Shown: piece by piece, positions 34,409 through 42,121 of the stretch
Numbering within the stretch: the first letter of the stretch is position 1
Layout: the number at the start of each line of letters is the position of its first letter
Assembly: GCA_964559375.1 (NCBI GenBank)
Contig: CAZLGE010000001.1
Location: forward strand, 27,492-71,862
Reading direction: 5' to 3'
DNA from: an uncultured Gammaproteobacteria bacterium
Lineage (GTDB): Bacteria; Patescibacteriota; Patescibacteriia; Patescibacteriales; UBA12465
DNA length: 44,371 nt
The notes under the pieces: generated by a model
What the model was told of the DNA's origin: nothing
The model's input: the letters and a program-made list of their open reading frames with translations, nothing else
Database searches by the model: none
Program-made: the position numbers and the translations under genes

Positions 34409-35248
34409 TTAGGTCGGACGTTTCTTCTGAGAATTATTCGGCTTAATATCCAATTCGACGATCACGTCTCTCTCGTCGGAACGCTCCGCTGGTATACGCA
34501 CATCCACCGACTGCTTGAGTATATGATGGCCGACCACAGTCCCCTTCACTTGACCGCGGTTCAGTTTAGAACCAATCGGGGGTAGCTGACCGTCCAATTC
34601 CTTGTATCCCTCAAACTCATATGAGAGACAGCATTTAAGGCGGCCGCAGAGGCCGGATATCCGGTCGCTGCCACGATGAGCAATTTGCTGCGCTTCCGCC
34701 ATCTCAGAAGTGATCGAACAAAAACCCTTCAAGATACCGCGGCAACAGAGATCGCGGCTACAGGGGCCACAGATTCCGCACAATCGTGCTTCGTCACGCG
34801 TCCCAATCTGCGTCAGACGGATATTGCCGCCCAGCCGGCCGGCCAATTCCTTGACGAGGTCTCGGAAATCAACCCGGCCCTCGGCAATGAACGCAAAATT
34901 ATAGCGATCACCCGACCAGGATATATAGCAATCAACGAGTTTCATTGTCAAACTGTTTCTGTCCGCCAGTTCCCGGCAAATCCGGAGAGCTTCGTTCCGC
35001 CGCTCCGGGCTGGGCCGACGCGCCAAATCGGCTTCATCTGCCTTCCGGATTATCGGTTTTAGTTCACGCGTGCTTTTTGTCTCTTCTGGCACGGCGTCAG
35101 GCGCGCTAACAGACAAAACCCGGCCTAATTCTAAGCCGAGTTCTGTTTTCACCATGACGTAGTCACCGCTCATGATATCCGCCTGGGAGATACTAAAATC
35201 GTAAGATTTATCCCAAGGGGCAAATTGTACTTGAGCGATCGTAACCAT
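34409..35248 (-). CDS. PSP1 domain protein (YaaT/RicT-like)
   Basis: About 279 aa starting at the ATG at 35248 (MVTIAQVQF...); the track start at 35275 overlaps tsf. Cys-rich PSP1 C-terminal core (CGPCSRDLCC..., GLCGRLKCCLSYE). Confidence 0.82.
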   Translation of the reverse strand: MVTIAQVQFAPWDKSYDFSISQADIMSGDYVMVKTELGLELGRVLSVSAPDAVPEETKSTRELKPIIRKADEADLARRPSPERRNEALRICRELADRNSLTMKLVDCYISWSGDRYNFAFIAEGRVDFRDLVKELAGRLGGNIRLTQIGTRDEARLCGICGPCSRDLCCRGILKGFCSITSEMAEAQQIAHRGSDRISGLCGRLKCCLSYEFEGYKELDGQLPPIGSKLNRGQVKGTVVGHHILKQSVDVRIPAERSDERDVIVELDIKPNNSQKKRPT

Positions 35249-35255
35249 TCTTTCT

Positions 35256-36050
35256 TTAGAGAGAATAACGGACAAATCCGGTGACAGTAGCGCCGCCCAG
35301 CATGTCCTTCACTTTCTTTTTATCGTCCTTGATATATTCCTGCTCCAGCAGGCAGACTTCAGAATAATATTTACCCATCTTGCCTTCCACAATCTTATCA
35401 ACCATATTTTCCGGCTTCCCTTCCTTGAGGAGTTGCGCTTTATAAATTTCCTTTTCCTTAGCCATCTCTTCCGCATCAACCTGGTCAGGCCGGATATACT
35501 TGGGATTAGCTGCCGCCACCTGCATGGCAACATCCGCCGCCAATGATTCTTGACCAGCCGCATCAAGGGCGACTAAAACACCAAGACGGCCGCCTAAATG
35601 AGAATATGAAGCCACTGTTACTCCTCTTAATATCTCAAAGCGCTTGATGTCCAGCTTTTCACCAATAGTTCCGCTAAAACTAGCTAAATTATCTTGAACT
35701 GTGCTGCCCCCCATCGTCAGCGCCATAAGCGCCGCCAAATCGGCAGGCTTATCCTTCCGGACCGTCTCCATAATCTGGTCAGCTAAAGCCTGAAATTTCT
35801 CGTTACGGGACACGAAATCGGTTTCACAATTCACTTCCAAGATATAGGCTTCCGCCTTGTCAGCACTGATAGCGACTTTGATCACACCTTCTTTCGCATC
35901 GCGGCCAGTCCGTTTAGCCGCCTTGGAGATGCCTTTCTTCCGGAGAATTTCCACGGCTTTATTAAGGTCGTTACCGGCCTCGTCGAGCGCCTTCTTGCAG
36001 TCCACCATACCAGCGCCGGTCATTTCACGAAGTTGTTTGATGAGTTCCAT
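35256..36050 (-). CDS. tsf: translation elongation factor Ts
   Basis: 264 aa; LREMTGAGMVDCKKALDEAGNDLNKAVEILRKKG. Confidence 0.94.
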   Translation of the reverse strand: MELIKQLREMTGAGMVDCKKALDEAGNDLNKAVEILRKKGISKAAKRTGRDAKEGVIKVAISADKAEAYILEVNCETDFVSRNEKFQALADQIMETVRKDKPADLAALMALTMGGSTVQDNLASFSGTIGEKLDIKRFEILRGVTVASYSHLGGRLGVLVALDAAGQESLAADVAMQVAAANPKYIRPDQVDAEEMAKEKEIYKAQLLKEGKPENMVDKIVEGKMGKYYSEVCLLEQEYIKDDKKKVKDMLGGATVTGFVRYSL

Positions 36051-36054
36051 ATTT

Positions 36055-36750
36055 TTATTTCTTTATATTCTTTTGTCCTTCGACTATCGCCGACCGGACC
36101 GCTTCAAGCAGGATCTCAATCGTCTTTGTGGAGTCGTCATTGGCGGGAATCGGGTAATTAACTTCTTCCGGGTTAACGTTGGTATCGCAGATGGCGATGA
36201 TCGGAATATTCTTCTGGCGCGCTTCCTTAACAGCGGTTTCCTCCTCCTTGATATCCCAGACGAACAAGACATCCGGTAATTTCGTGAGGCCGCTCACGCC
36301 ACCGACTCGCTCTTCGAGCTTCTTAATTTCGCGATCAAAATTAAGTCGTTCTTTCTTGGTATATTTTTCTAATTTACCAGTATCTCTCTTTTCGATCAAA
36401 TCCAGATATTTTTTAACCGAACGTTTGACCATGCTGAAGTTGGTCAGATAGCCACCGAGCCACTTGCCGACAACATAAGCCTGGCCGGTTTCCTGCGACA
36501 TCTTCTTAAGAGGCTCAGACACCTGGCTCTTCGTGCCGATGAAGAGGATACTCTTTCCTTCGGCTACCATACGGACGATGAACTCCAGCGCTTCCTGGAG
36601 CTTTTCCTGAGTCTTCTTCAGGTTGATGATATAAACGCCGTTCTTGGAGGTGAAGATGAATTGCTTCATCTTCGGGTGCCAACGGTTAGTCCGGTGGCCG
36701 AAGTGCATGCCGGCTTTCAACATGTCTTCGATCTTAGGGATACTGATCAT
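36055..36750 (-). CDS. rpsB: 30S ribosomal protein S2
   Basis: 231 aa; AGMHFGHRTNRWHPKM, and the order rpsB-tsf. Confidence 0.95.
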   Translation of the reverse strand: MISIPKIEDMLKAGMHFGHRTNRWHPKMKQFIFTSKNGVYIINLKKTQEKLQEALEFIVRMVAEGKSILFIGTKSQVSEPLKKMSQETGQAYVVGKWLGGYLTNFSMVKRSVKKYLDLIEKRDTGKLEKYTKKERLNFDREIKKLEERVGGVSGLTKLPDVLFVWDIKEEETAVKEARQKNIPIIAICDTNVNPEEVNYPIPANDDSTKTIEILLEAVRSAIVEGQKNIKK

Positions 36751-36910
36751 ACTTTTCTTTTTTAGGGCCGTAGCCCGTTACATCTGCTCCCCGCCTCCGC
36801 AGTTTCCCGCGAAGGAAAGAAAATAATGGCCCGGTCGGCCATGGAAGCATGATAATTAATTAAATTTTATAAAAAAAGAGACTAGAGCCAGAGGCCAAGC
36901 CTCTTACCTA

Positions 36911-36939
36911 AAGATAAGGCATTTTTTCGCAATTGTCAA
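36911..36939 (-). promoter_or_regulatory. sigma70-type promoter heading a ~160-nt structured rpsB leader
   Basis: Minus strand TTGACA (36939-36934), 17 nt, TATCTT (36916-36911). Confidence 0.5.
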
Positions 36940-36949
36940 GGGATTTGGC

Positions 36950-38446
36950 CTATTTTTGGTAAAACTCTTTTACCGCCTGATTAAGATCGACCGCTTTTTG
37001 ATTATAATCGTCTACTTTTAACTGGTAAGCCGCCAGTCCAGCGTTATATTGCTTAACTTTATCATTATATTCGGAAACCAACTGGTTATAGGCGCTCAAC
37101 TGGCCGCTCGCGTAATAAGCGTCAAGCTGAGCCCTAAGGGCGATGAGCTCCGCTTCCTGTTTGCGATATTCATCCTCCAGCTCGCCAATCTCCGCCTGCC
37201 GGAGCTTCAAATCGGCTTGATCGGCCTCGATAGAAGAAACGAGGGCTCTGGTAGCGGCCACGCCGCCATAGATCCGTCCCGCGCTCTTCTGGTAGATTTC
37301 CATCTCACCGAGATTTGACGCATCAAAAGAGCCACTAAAACCTTCCTGGGTCTGGGCCTGGCCGGAACTGATATTCCGTGGCACCACGCCGAGCGGAAAA
37401 TAATTAGTAGTTTCGCCGTAACAATAGCCGGAACCATTCACCGAGTATTCCGAGGGGCAAGCGATGCCGACCGCGCTGTGGTTGCTGTCGGGAAAATCCA
37501 AGATGGCGGCGCCATAACCGAGCTCGCGAAGCAGAGCGACCGCCAAAAAAGTCTTGTCGGAACAGACGCCCCGCTTGAGATACAGAGTTTCATACGGATA
37601 ATATGGATTGGTGTTACGGTTATCACTTTCGACCAACTTGTCGTGATCATAAGGAATATATTGTACAAGAGCCATCGAGAACTCAATCAACTCATCTCCG
37701 CTCCAGGAGTGCTGCTCAGCCTCCGCCTTTAGTTTGGCTGCCAAGTCGCTCACGGCAGTGTCGCCGCTCTTAGCACTCAGAAAAAGATTATAAAAAGCGT
37801 CGCGCAGATTGGGGGGCGGCGAGGCGCTGGAGTAGGTATAGACTTTCGGAGAATCCTTATAGCGTTCATACCAAGAGGCCGACAGATCATGGGTGATGGA
37901 GTAATCAACATTTTGATATTTGAAATCAAAACGGGTTGATTGGCTCGCCGGTGCACTCTCCGCGGTAAAAGCCGGAATGCGCGCCAGATCGATGTCGGTG
38001 ATCCCCAGACCCTGAGAACGCATCAGACTGAAGGCATCAGCCGGGCGACCCAGGTAATGGAGCCTAAGAGTCTGCGGATCGACATAATAGGCTTGCCCCT
38101 TGTCCTGGACCTGGAGCAGGATGCGGCCGCCAAGACGAGACGGGGCTCCACCTTGAAATTTTTGGATGTCCGAGTTTGTCACGCCCAGCCCGAGAGAACG
38201 CATCAGGCTAAAGGCGTCGGCCGGGCGGCCCAGATAGTATCGCCAACCATCGAGCGGATTAACGTACCAGGCCTGGCCTTTGTTCTGAACCTGGAGCAGG
38301 ATACGGCCGTTTAGGTTCGTCGCCGCTTGCGAGACGGAAGCCGTGAAAAACGATCCGTTTAAACCCGGGTTGAATCCAAAGCTAAGAGCGGTCAGCACCG
38401 CTACCAGAGAGAGCATGAAACTTGTCTTGAGAATACTGCGGTGCAT
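36950..38446 (-). CDS. secreted protein: two tandem ~60-aa modules, a transglutaminase/papain-like Cys-His core (tentative), and a C-terminal coiled coil
   Basis: I prefer the ATG at 38446 (MHRSILK...) because the track start is a TTG. Signal peptide present. KRGVCSDKTFLAVALLRELGY...NHSAVGI resembles a transglutaminase-like core. The last ~100 aa are heptad-rich. Confidence 0.6.
   Translation of the reverse strand: MHRSILKTSFMLSLVAVLTALSFGFNPGLNGSFFTASVSQAATNLNGRILLQVQNKGQAWYVNPLDGWRYYLGRPADAFSLMRSLGLGVTNSDIQKFQGGAPSRLGGRILLQVQDKGQAYYVDPQTLRLHYLGRPADAFSLMRSQGLGITDIDLARIPAFTAESAPASQSTRFDFKYQNVDYSITHDLSASWYERYKDSPKVYTYSSASPPPNLRDAFYNLFLSAKSGDTAVSDLAAKLKAEAEQHSWSGDELIEFSMALVQYIPYDHDKLVESDNRNTNPYYPYETLYLKRGVCSDKTFLAVALLRELGYGAAILDFPDSNHSAVGIACPSEYSVNGSGYCYGETTNYFPLGVVPRNISSGQAQTQEGFSGSFDASNLGEMEIYQKSAGRIYGGVAATRALVSSIEADQADLKLRQAEIGELEDEYRKQEAELIALRAQLDAYYASGQLSAYNQLVSEYNDKVKQYNAGLAAYQLKVDDYNQKAVDLNQAVKEFYQK
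37976..38308 (-). repeat. tandem coding duplication, period 180 nt (2 x ~51 aa conserved core)
   Basis: GRILLQVQNKGQAWYVNPLDGWRYYLGRPADAFSLMRSLGLGVTNSDIQKF versus GRILLQVQDKGQAYYVDPQTLRLHYLGRPADAFSLMRSQGLGITDIDLARI; about 70% identical by eye. Confidence 0.85.
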
Positions 38447-38452
38447 ATACAA

Positions 38453-39124
38453 CTAATCAATCAGGGTTATGAACAGATCTTCGGCGGGCGGATCGGGTAG
38501 ATGGCTGGCATCATTGATATAATTTATCTTGATGTAGCCGTCGCGATCTATGACCAGCTTAGTTATCGAGGACTGGAATATCTCGAGCGACAGGAAGCCG
38601 AGCACGTCGGAATTAAGGATGCCGGTGAGGAGAGACTTGATAAAATTACCGTGTGTAAATAGAGCGAGGCGCCGGCCGCGATTGGCGCGCCAGATAGCGG
38701 CTAGAGTCCGACGGGCGGCAGTCTGCATCCGATCCAACTTCTTATCCAGCTCGGCATGGGCACGGAATTTCGCTCGCCGGCTGCTTTCCGTCATATTAAA
38801 ATATTTGATCCGGTGCCAATTACTCCAATTGATCTCGTCTAGACGCAGTTCGACATTGAGCGGCTGACCGACTTTTTCCAGATAGGCGGCAGCGGTCTCC
38901 TGCGAACGCGGCAGGCCACTAGTGTAAACCTTGTCGATGTCCATTTTCAGAAGCCGGGCCGTCAGGTAGCGCCGTTGTTTCTGGCCGGTCAAAGACAGCG
39001 GCATATTGTACTCGCCCAGAGTTTTTTCCCGACGATAATCGGGGTGACAGTGGCGGATTAGATAAATTTCGGTATATGGGCGACGTAGCGGCGGCTTAAG
39101 CTTGCTGTAGGGGTTTTTATACAT
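38453..39124 (-). CDS. histidine phosphatase superfamily (phosphoglycerate-mutase-like) protein
   Basis: 223 aa. IYLIRHCHPDY (an RHG-type motif) and a distal FTHGNF. Confidence 0.7.
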   Translation of the reverse strand: MYKNPYSKLKPPLRRPYTEIYLIRHCHPDYRREKTLGEYNMPLSLTGQKQRRYLTARLLKMDIDKVYTSGLPRSQETAAAYLEKVGQPLNVELRLDEINWSNWHRIKYFNMTESSRRAKFRAHAELDKKLDRMQTAARRTLAAIWRANRGRRLALFTHGNFIKSLLTGILNSDVLGFLSLEIFQSSITKLVIDRDGYIKINYINDASHLPDPPAEDLFITLID

Positions 39125-39137
39125 AGGCTACAAACGA

Positions 39138-39728
39138 TTATAAATTTTCCTCCACGACGGACCAATTAATTAGATTCTTTAAGACGGCGTCAGCAAAATC
39201 TCCGCGACGATTCTGATAGTCGAGGTAATAAGAATGTTCCCAGACATCGAGCGCGAAAATCGGCTTGAGGCCGTGAGCGACGGAATTATCGGCATTAGAC
39301 ATTTTCAAGATGCGGAGTGCTCCGCCCTCTTTAACGAGCCAGACCCAGCCGCTCCCGAATAAACCCCCAGCCGCAATCTTAAATTCTTCATAAAAATTGT
39401 CGAGCGAACCAAAACTAGCGGCAATGGCGGTAACAACAGCTTCCCCCGGTTCCGTCCGATTGGTAATGGGCTGCAAGCTCCGCCAGAAAAAGCTATGATT
39501 GAAGTGTTGGCCAGCGTTATTAAAAATTGCGCTCTTATCAGGGTCAGACGTCGTCTTGAGGATAATCTCCTCGAGCGTCAGCCCCTCGAGTTCCGTGCCC
39601 CTGATCAACTTATTCAGGTTATCGACGTAGGCTTGGTGATGCTTGCCGTGGTGAAGCTCCATCGTCCGGGCCGAAATGAACGGCTCGAGAGCAGCGGGAC
39701 CATACGGCAGAGCGGGTAGAGTGAACAT
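39138..39728 (-). CDS. Fe/Mn-family superoxide dismutase
   Basis: 196 aa; LHHGKHHQAYV and DVWEHSYYLDYQNRR. Confidence 0.93.
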   Translation of the reverse strand: MFTLPALPYGPAALEPFISARTMELHHGKHHQAYVDNLNKLIRGTELEGLTLEEIILKTTSDPDKSAIFNNAGQHFNHSFFWRSLQPITNRTEPGEAVVTAIAASFGSLDNFYEEFKIAAGGLFGSGWVWLVKEGGALRILKMSNADNSVAHGLKPIFALDVWEHSYYLDYQNRRGDFADAVLKNLINWSVVEENL

Positions 39729-39765
39729 ATATTTGATGAAGATTATTTTTTAAAGCGACGATATT

Positions 39766-39774
39766 ATTATAGCA
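39766..39774 (-). promoter_or_regulatory. extended -10 (TGCTATAAT) for the SOD gene
   Basis: Minus strand TGCTATAAT, about 37 nt upstream of the ATG. Confidence 0.45.
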
Positions 39775-39810
39775 AAAAAATCCGATATAATCACTATTTT
39801 TTACTACGCA

Positions 39811-39840
39811 AAAGGGCCGGCAGCTGTTCGCTGCCGGCCC
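39811..39840 (-). terminator. intrinsic terminator after csp
   Basis: Minus strand GGGCCGGCAGC-GAACA-GCUGCCGGCCC followed by UUUUGCG. Confidence 0.8.
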
Positions 39841-39858
39841 TTAGTGTCTCGTGCGATA

Positions 39859-40056
39859 TTAAGCGCGCTTGACGTTGACCGCGTTCGGTCCCTTGGGGGA
39901 CATCTCGGAATCGAAGGTAACGGCGTCACCTTCGCGGAGTTCGTTGAATTGGACATCAACCAAAGCCTTGCTGTGGAAGAATAGATCCTTTTCCTCGCCC
40001 TCGACGCTGATGAAACCGAAGCCTCTGTCGGTCAAAGTTTTGATGGTACCAGTCAT
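39859..40056 (-). CDS. cspA: cold-shock protein (CspA family)
   Basis: 65 aa; MTGTIKTLTDRGFGFI...DLFFH. Confidence 0.94.
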   Translation of the reverse strand: MTGTIKTLTDRGFGFISVEGEEKDLFFHSKALVDVQFNELREGDAVTFDSEMSPKGPNAVNVKRA

Positions 40057-40146
40057 GGACTCTAAAACTTAGGGATTAATAAATGGCAATCTTGTATGAC
40101 TAATTTAAAGTCGACTACTTTGCTTAATCATTCTTGCTTAATGAAC

Positions 40147-40175
40147 AGTCTAGCATATTAATCCCAGGAAGTCAA
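40147..40175 (-). promoter_or_regulatory. sigma70-type promoter for csp, leaving a ~85-nt 5' UTR
   Basis: Minus strand TTGACT (40175-40170), 17 nt, TAGACT (40152-40147). Confidence 0.5.
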
Positions 40176-40199
40176 GCCCCATTCCAGCTTTCCCTTCCC

Positions 40200-40228
40200 T
40201 TGACACATTTTCTAAAAAAAGCTATATT
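40200..40228 (+). promoter_or_regulatory. sigma70-type promoter, divergent from csp
   Basis: TTGACA (40200-40205), 17 nt, TATATT (40223-40228). Confidence 0.55.
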
Positions 40229-40330
40229 ATAATGTTCTTTAAAATTCGGGAAGTAATACCAGCCGAGCCAGTTAAGCTAATTAACTAGAAGCTCGGACTT
40301 GGTCGCCCGGGCTGCTTAACATATAAAAAT

Positions 40331-40483
40331 ATGTTACAGACAATCAATGGGTTCATCGGTATCATAATATTGATACTGATACTCAAATGGGCCTTACCTT
40401 CCGAAGCCGCCGACTTAGCCGGACAGATCCTGATCAAGATCCTAAGCTTGATCCGTGATTTGCTCCTGCAAGTCAACCCCTGA
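40331..40483 (+). CDS. possible 50-aa small membrane protein (or part of a non-coding transcript)
   Basis: Below the track cutoff. MLQTINGFIGIIILILILKWALPSEAADLAGQILIKILSLIRDLLLQVNP has one TM helix plus an amphipathic tail. Bracketed by the promoter at 40200 and the terminator at 40488. No SD. Confidence 0.35.
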   Translation: MLQTINGFIGIIILILILKWALPSEAADLAGQILIKILSLIRDLLLQVNP

Positions 40484-40487
40484 ATTT

Positions 40488-40517
40488 AAAAGGTGTTATT
40501 TTTATAACACCTTTTTT
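40488..40517. terminator. bidirectional intrinsic terminator
   Basis: AAAAGGTGTTAT-TTTT-ATAACACCTTTT followed by TT. Serves the plus-strand small unit and the minus-strand GerMN gene. Confidence 0.8.
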
Positions 40518-40558
40518 CTTTCTTAAAATATGGCGACTAGCACCGCTTTCCTTATAAT

Positions 40559-41485
40559 TTAGGGTTGGAGTATGTCCTCGCTCCGACCATCGATCGAAAT
40601 GATGACTTCGCTGACGGTTGGAAACTGGAGCAGAGTTTCTCTGATCTGGGCGCCTATCGCCGCCGCGCGGCAGGAACCGCCAGGCTGGGCCTCGAGAGCA
40701 GGATTAAAATCAACCTTGGCTACCCCGTTCTCGATGGTCAGACTCTGGATGCGGACATCCTCGTTCAAGCTCGTAGAATATCCCTGATCCCTCTCGACCG
40801 TTGTCAATCCCTTAATCAATTCTTCAAGTGCGGCCCGGGCGACAGCGCTGGTAGCCGGTACTTGCCGCTCAATCGGGAACACAACATTACAGGACACAGC
40901 GGGATCGAGGATAATGTTACTAAAATAAGCTTTGACCGTCATCAAACTAGGTATCGCCTGCAGCCGGAGCGGGATCCGGATCTCGTCGGCGTTCTGCGGC
41001 AATCCCGAGGGGTTATCCTTCTCCAAAACGAGTGTCGCCTCCATCTCACTGGCCGCCTGATAAGTTAGAATTGCTCGGAAGGGGACGAAATTCTCGGTCA
41101 TCCAGTCGCCCTGAGCAGTGGCAATAGCGGTCGCTAGCAACTGGCCCGCTGAATCATAAAGACGAACCGGAAAATCCGCTTCAAAGTACCAATTGCCCCG
41201 CGCTTCGCCTTCAATAATGATCGGACTGCCGACCGATTGATTTGGAGCCGGGACATTCACTCTGATTAGGTCGCCCTTATCAACCTCAACCGGACCACCT
41301 GGTTCTTCCCCGCTGTCCTGAGGACAAGACTCTAACGGCTGGTTTCCGGCGGGATTACCGTGACGGATCCACACGCCGTCCCGGCAAACCCAAGCATCCT
41401 CGGCTGAGAAGAAACGGACCGTGGAAATAATGGCCGCTATCACGACTATAGCCGCCAAGATCGAAAGTAATGTTTTGTTGGACAT
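40559..41485 (-). CDS. membrane-anchored Gmad2 Ig-like + GerMN domain protein
   Basis: 308 aa. N-terminal TM helix. SPIIIEGEARGNWYFEADFPVRLYD resembles a Gmad2-type Ig-like domain. The C-terminal half resembles GerMN (VKAYFSN...AVARAALEELIKG). Confidence 0.65.
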   Translation of the reverse strand: MSNKTLLSILAAIVVIAAIISTVRFFSAEDAWVCRDGVWIRHGNPAGNQPLESCPQDSGEEPGGPVEVDKGDLIRVNVPAPNQSVGSPIIIEGEARGNWYFEADFPVRLYDSAGQLLATAIATAQGDWMTENFVPFRAILTYQAASEMEATLVLEKDNPSGLPQNADEIRIPLRLQAIPSLMTVKAYFSNIILDPAVSCNVVFPIERQVPATSAVARAALEELIKGLTTVERDQGYSTSLNEDVRIQSLTIENGVAKVDFNPALEAQPGGSCRAAAIGAQIRETLLQFPTVSEVIISIDGRSEDILQP

Positions 41486-41489
41486 ATAT

Positions 41490-41495
41490 ATTATA
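41490..41495 (-). promoter_or_regulatory. TATAAT 4 nt upstream of the GerMN ATG (possible leaderless mRNA)
   Basis: Minus strand CAATATAATATATATG. Confidence 0.3.
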
Positions 41496-41575
41496 TTGCT
41501 GGGCCGGATAATATATTTCCGGCTCAGGAGATAAATCCGTCCGATTGTAAGTATAGATGAGTACGCCGATGTTCT

Positions 41576-42115
41576 TCATATCGATGGCCTTCTAGCTACG
41601 CTCAGCAGAAAAATCATGAGCAGAAAAGCGCTAAGAGCCATAATCGGGATAGTCACGTAATTAAATTCGGTCACATACTGGGCCAGGCAGCTGACGCCGC
41701 TACCGCTAATCGTACAAGCGGCTAGAGCAGACCGACCATAGTATAAGTAGTTATGATAAAGAGAAAGCAGCGCGCCGATAATCAGAAGGGCCAGCCCATA
41801 ATCCAAGACCGAACGATCTTTCTTCATAAGCGACATGGCCAAGAGGACGACAAGCGGATACATGGCGATCCGTTGGTACCAACAAAGATCGCAGGGCGGA
41901 TAACCAGCTACTTGAGAATAAAAAAGACTACCTAAGGTCGCCGCAAGAGCAACCAGGAAGGCTAAAAACGGACCACGGCGCCACAAGAAACCGCGGAAGC
42001 GATTGCCGCGGTCACGTCGAACGGCTAAAAAATAAATCAAGCCACCAACCAAAAAGATCTGGGCGGCGACCGTCATTATTGAAAGTATTTTGCTTACCAG
42101 CTCAATCATATCCAT
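41576..42115 (-). CDS. dsbB: DsbB/BdbC-family disulfide bond formation protein
   Basis: 179 aa with four TM helices. CDLCWYQRIAMYP (first Cys pair) and ACTISGSGVSC (second pair). Confidence 0.85.
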   Translation of the reverse strand: MDMIELVSKILSIMTVAAQIFLVGGLIYFLAVRRDRGNRFRGFLWRRGPFLAFLVALAATLGSLFYSQVAGYPPCDLCWYQRIAMYPLVVLLAMSLMKKDRSVLDYGLALLIIGALLSLYHNYLYYGRSALAACTISGSGVSCLAQYVTEFNYVTIPIMALSAFLLMIFLLSVARRPSI

Positions 42116-42121
42116 ATCAGG

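Noticed and set aside
36794-36815. GNRA-capped hairpin followed by ...GGGGAGCAGAUG..., considered as the domain IV core of an SRP (4.5S) RNA.
   Set aside because: SRP RNA has only about 3 bp under the tetraloop, followed by the conserved symmetric loop (GGAA-GGAAGCAGC). Here the stem is 9 continuous bp and the conserved loop nucleotides are missing. I interpret it as part of the rpsB leader.
40565-41068. 167-aa plus-strand ORF. The ORFs at 26848-27294, 29101-29397 and 40285-40476 are similar cases.
   Set aside because: All lie antisense to, or overlap, better-supported genes or leaders (the GerMN gene, the large membrane protein gene, the rplK-rplA spacer, the small plus-strand unit). None has a recognisable motif.
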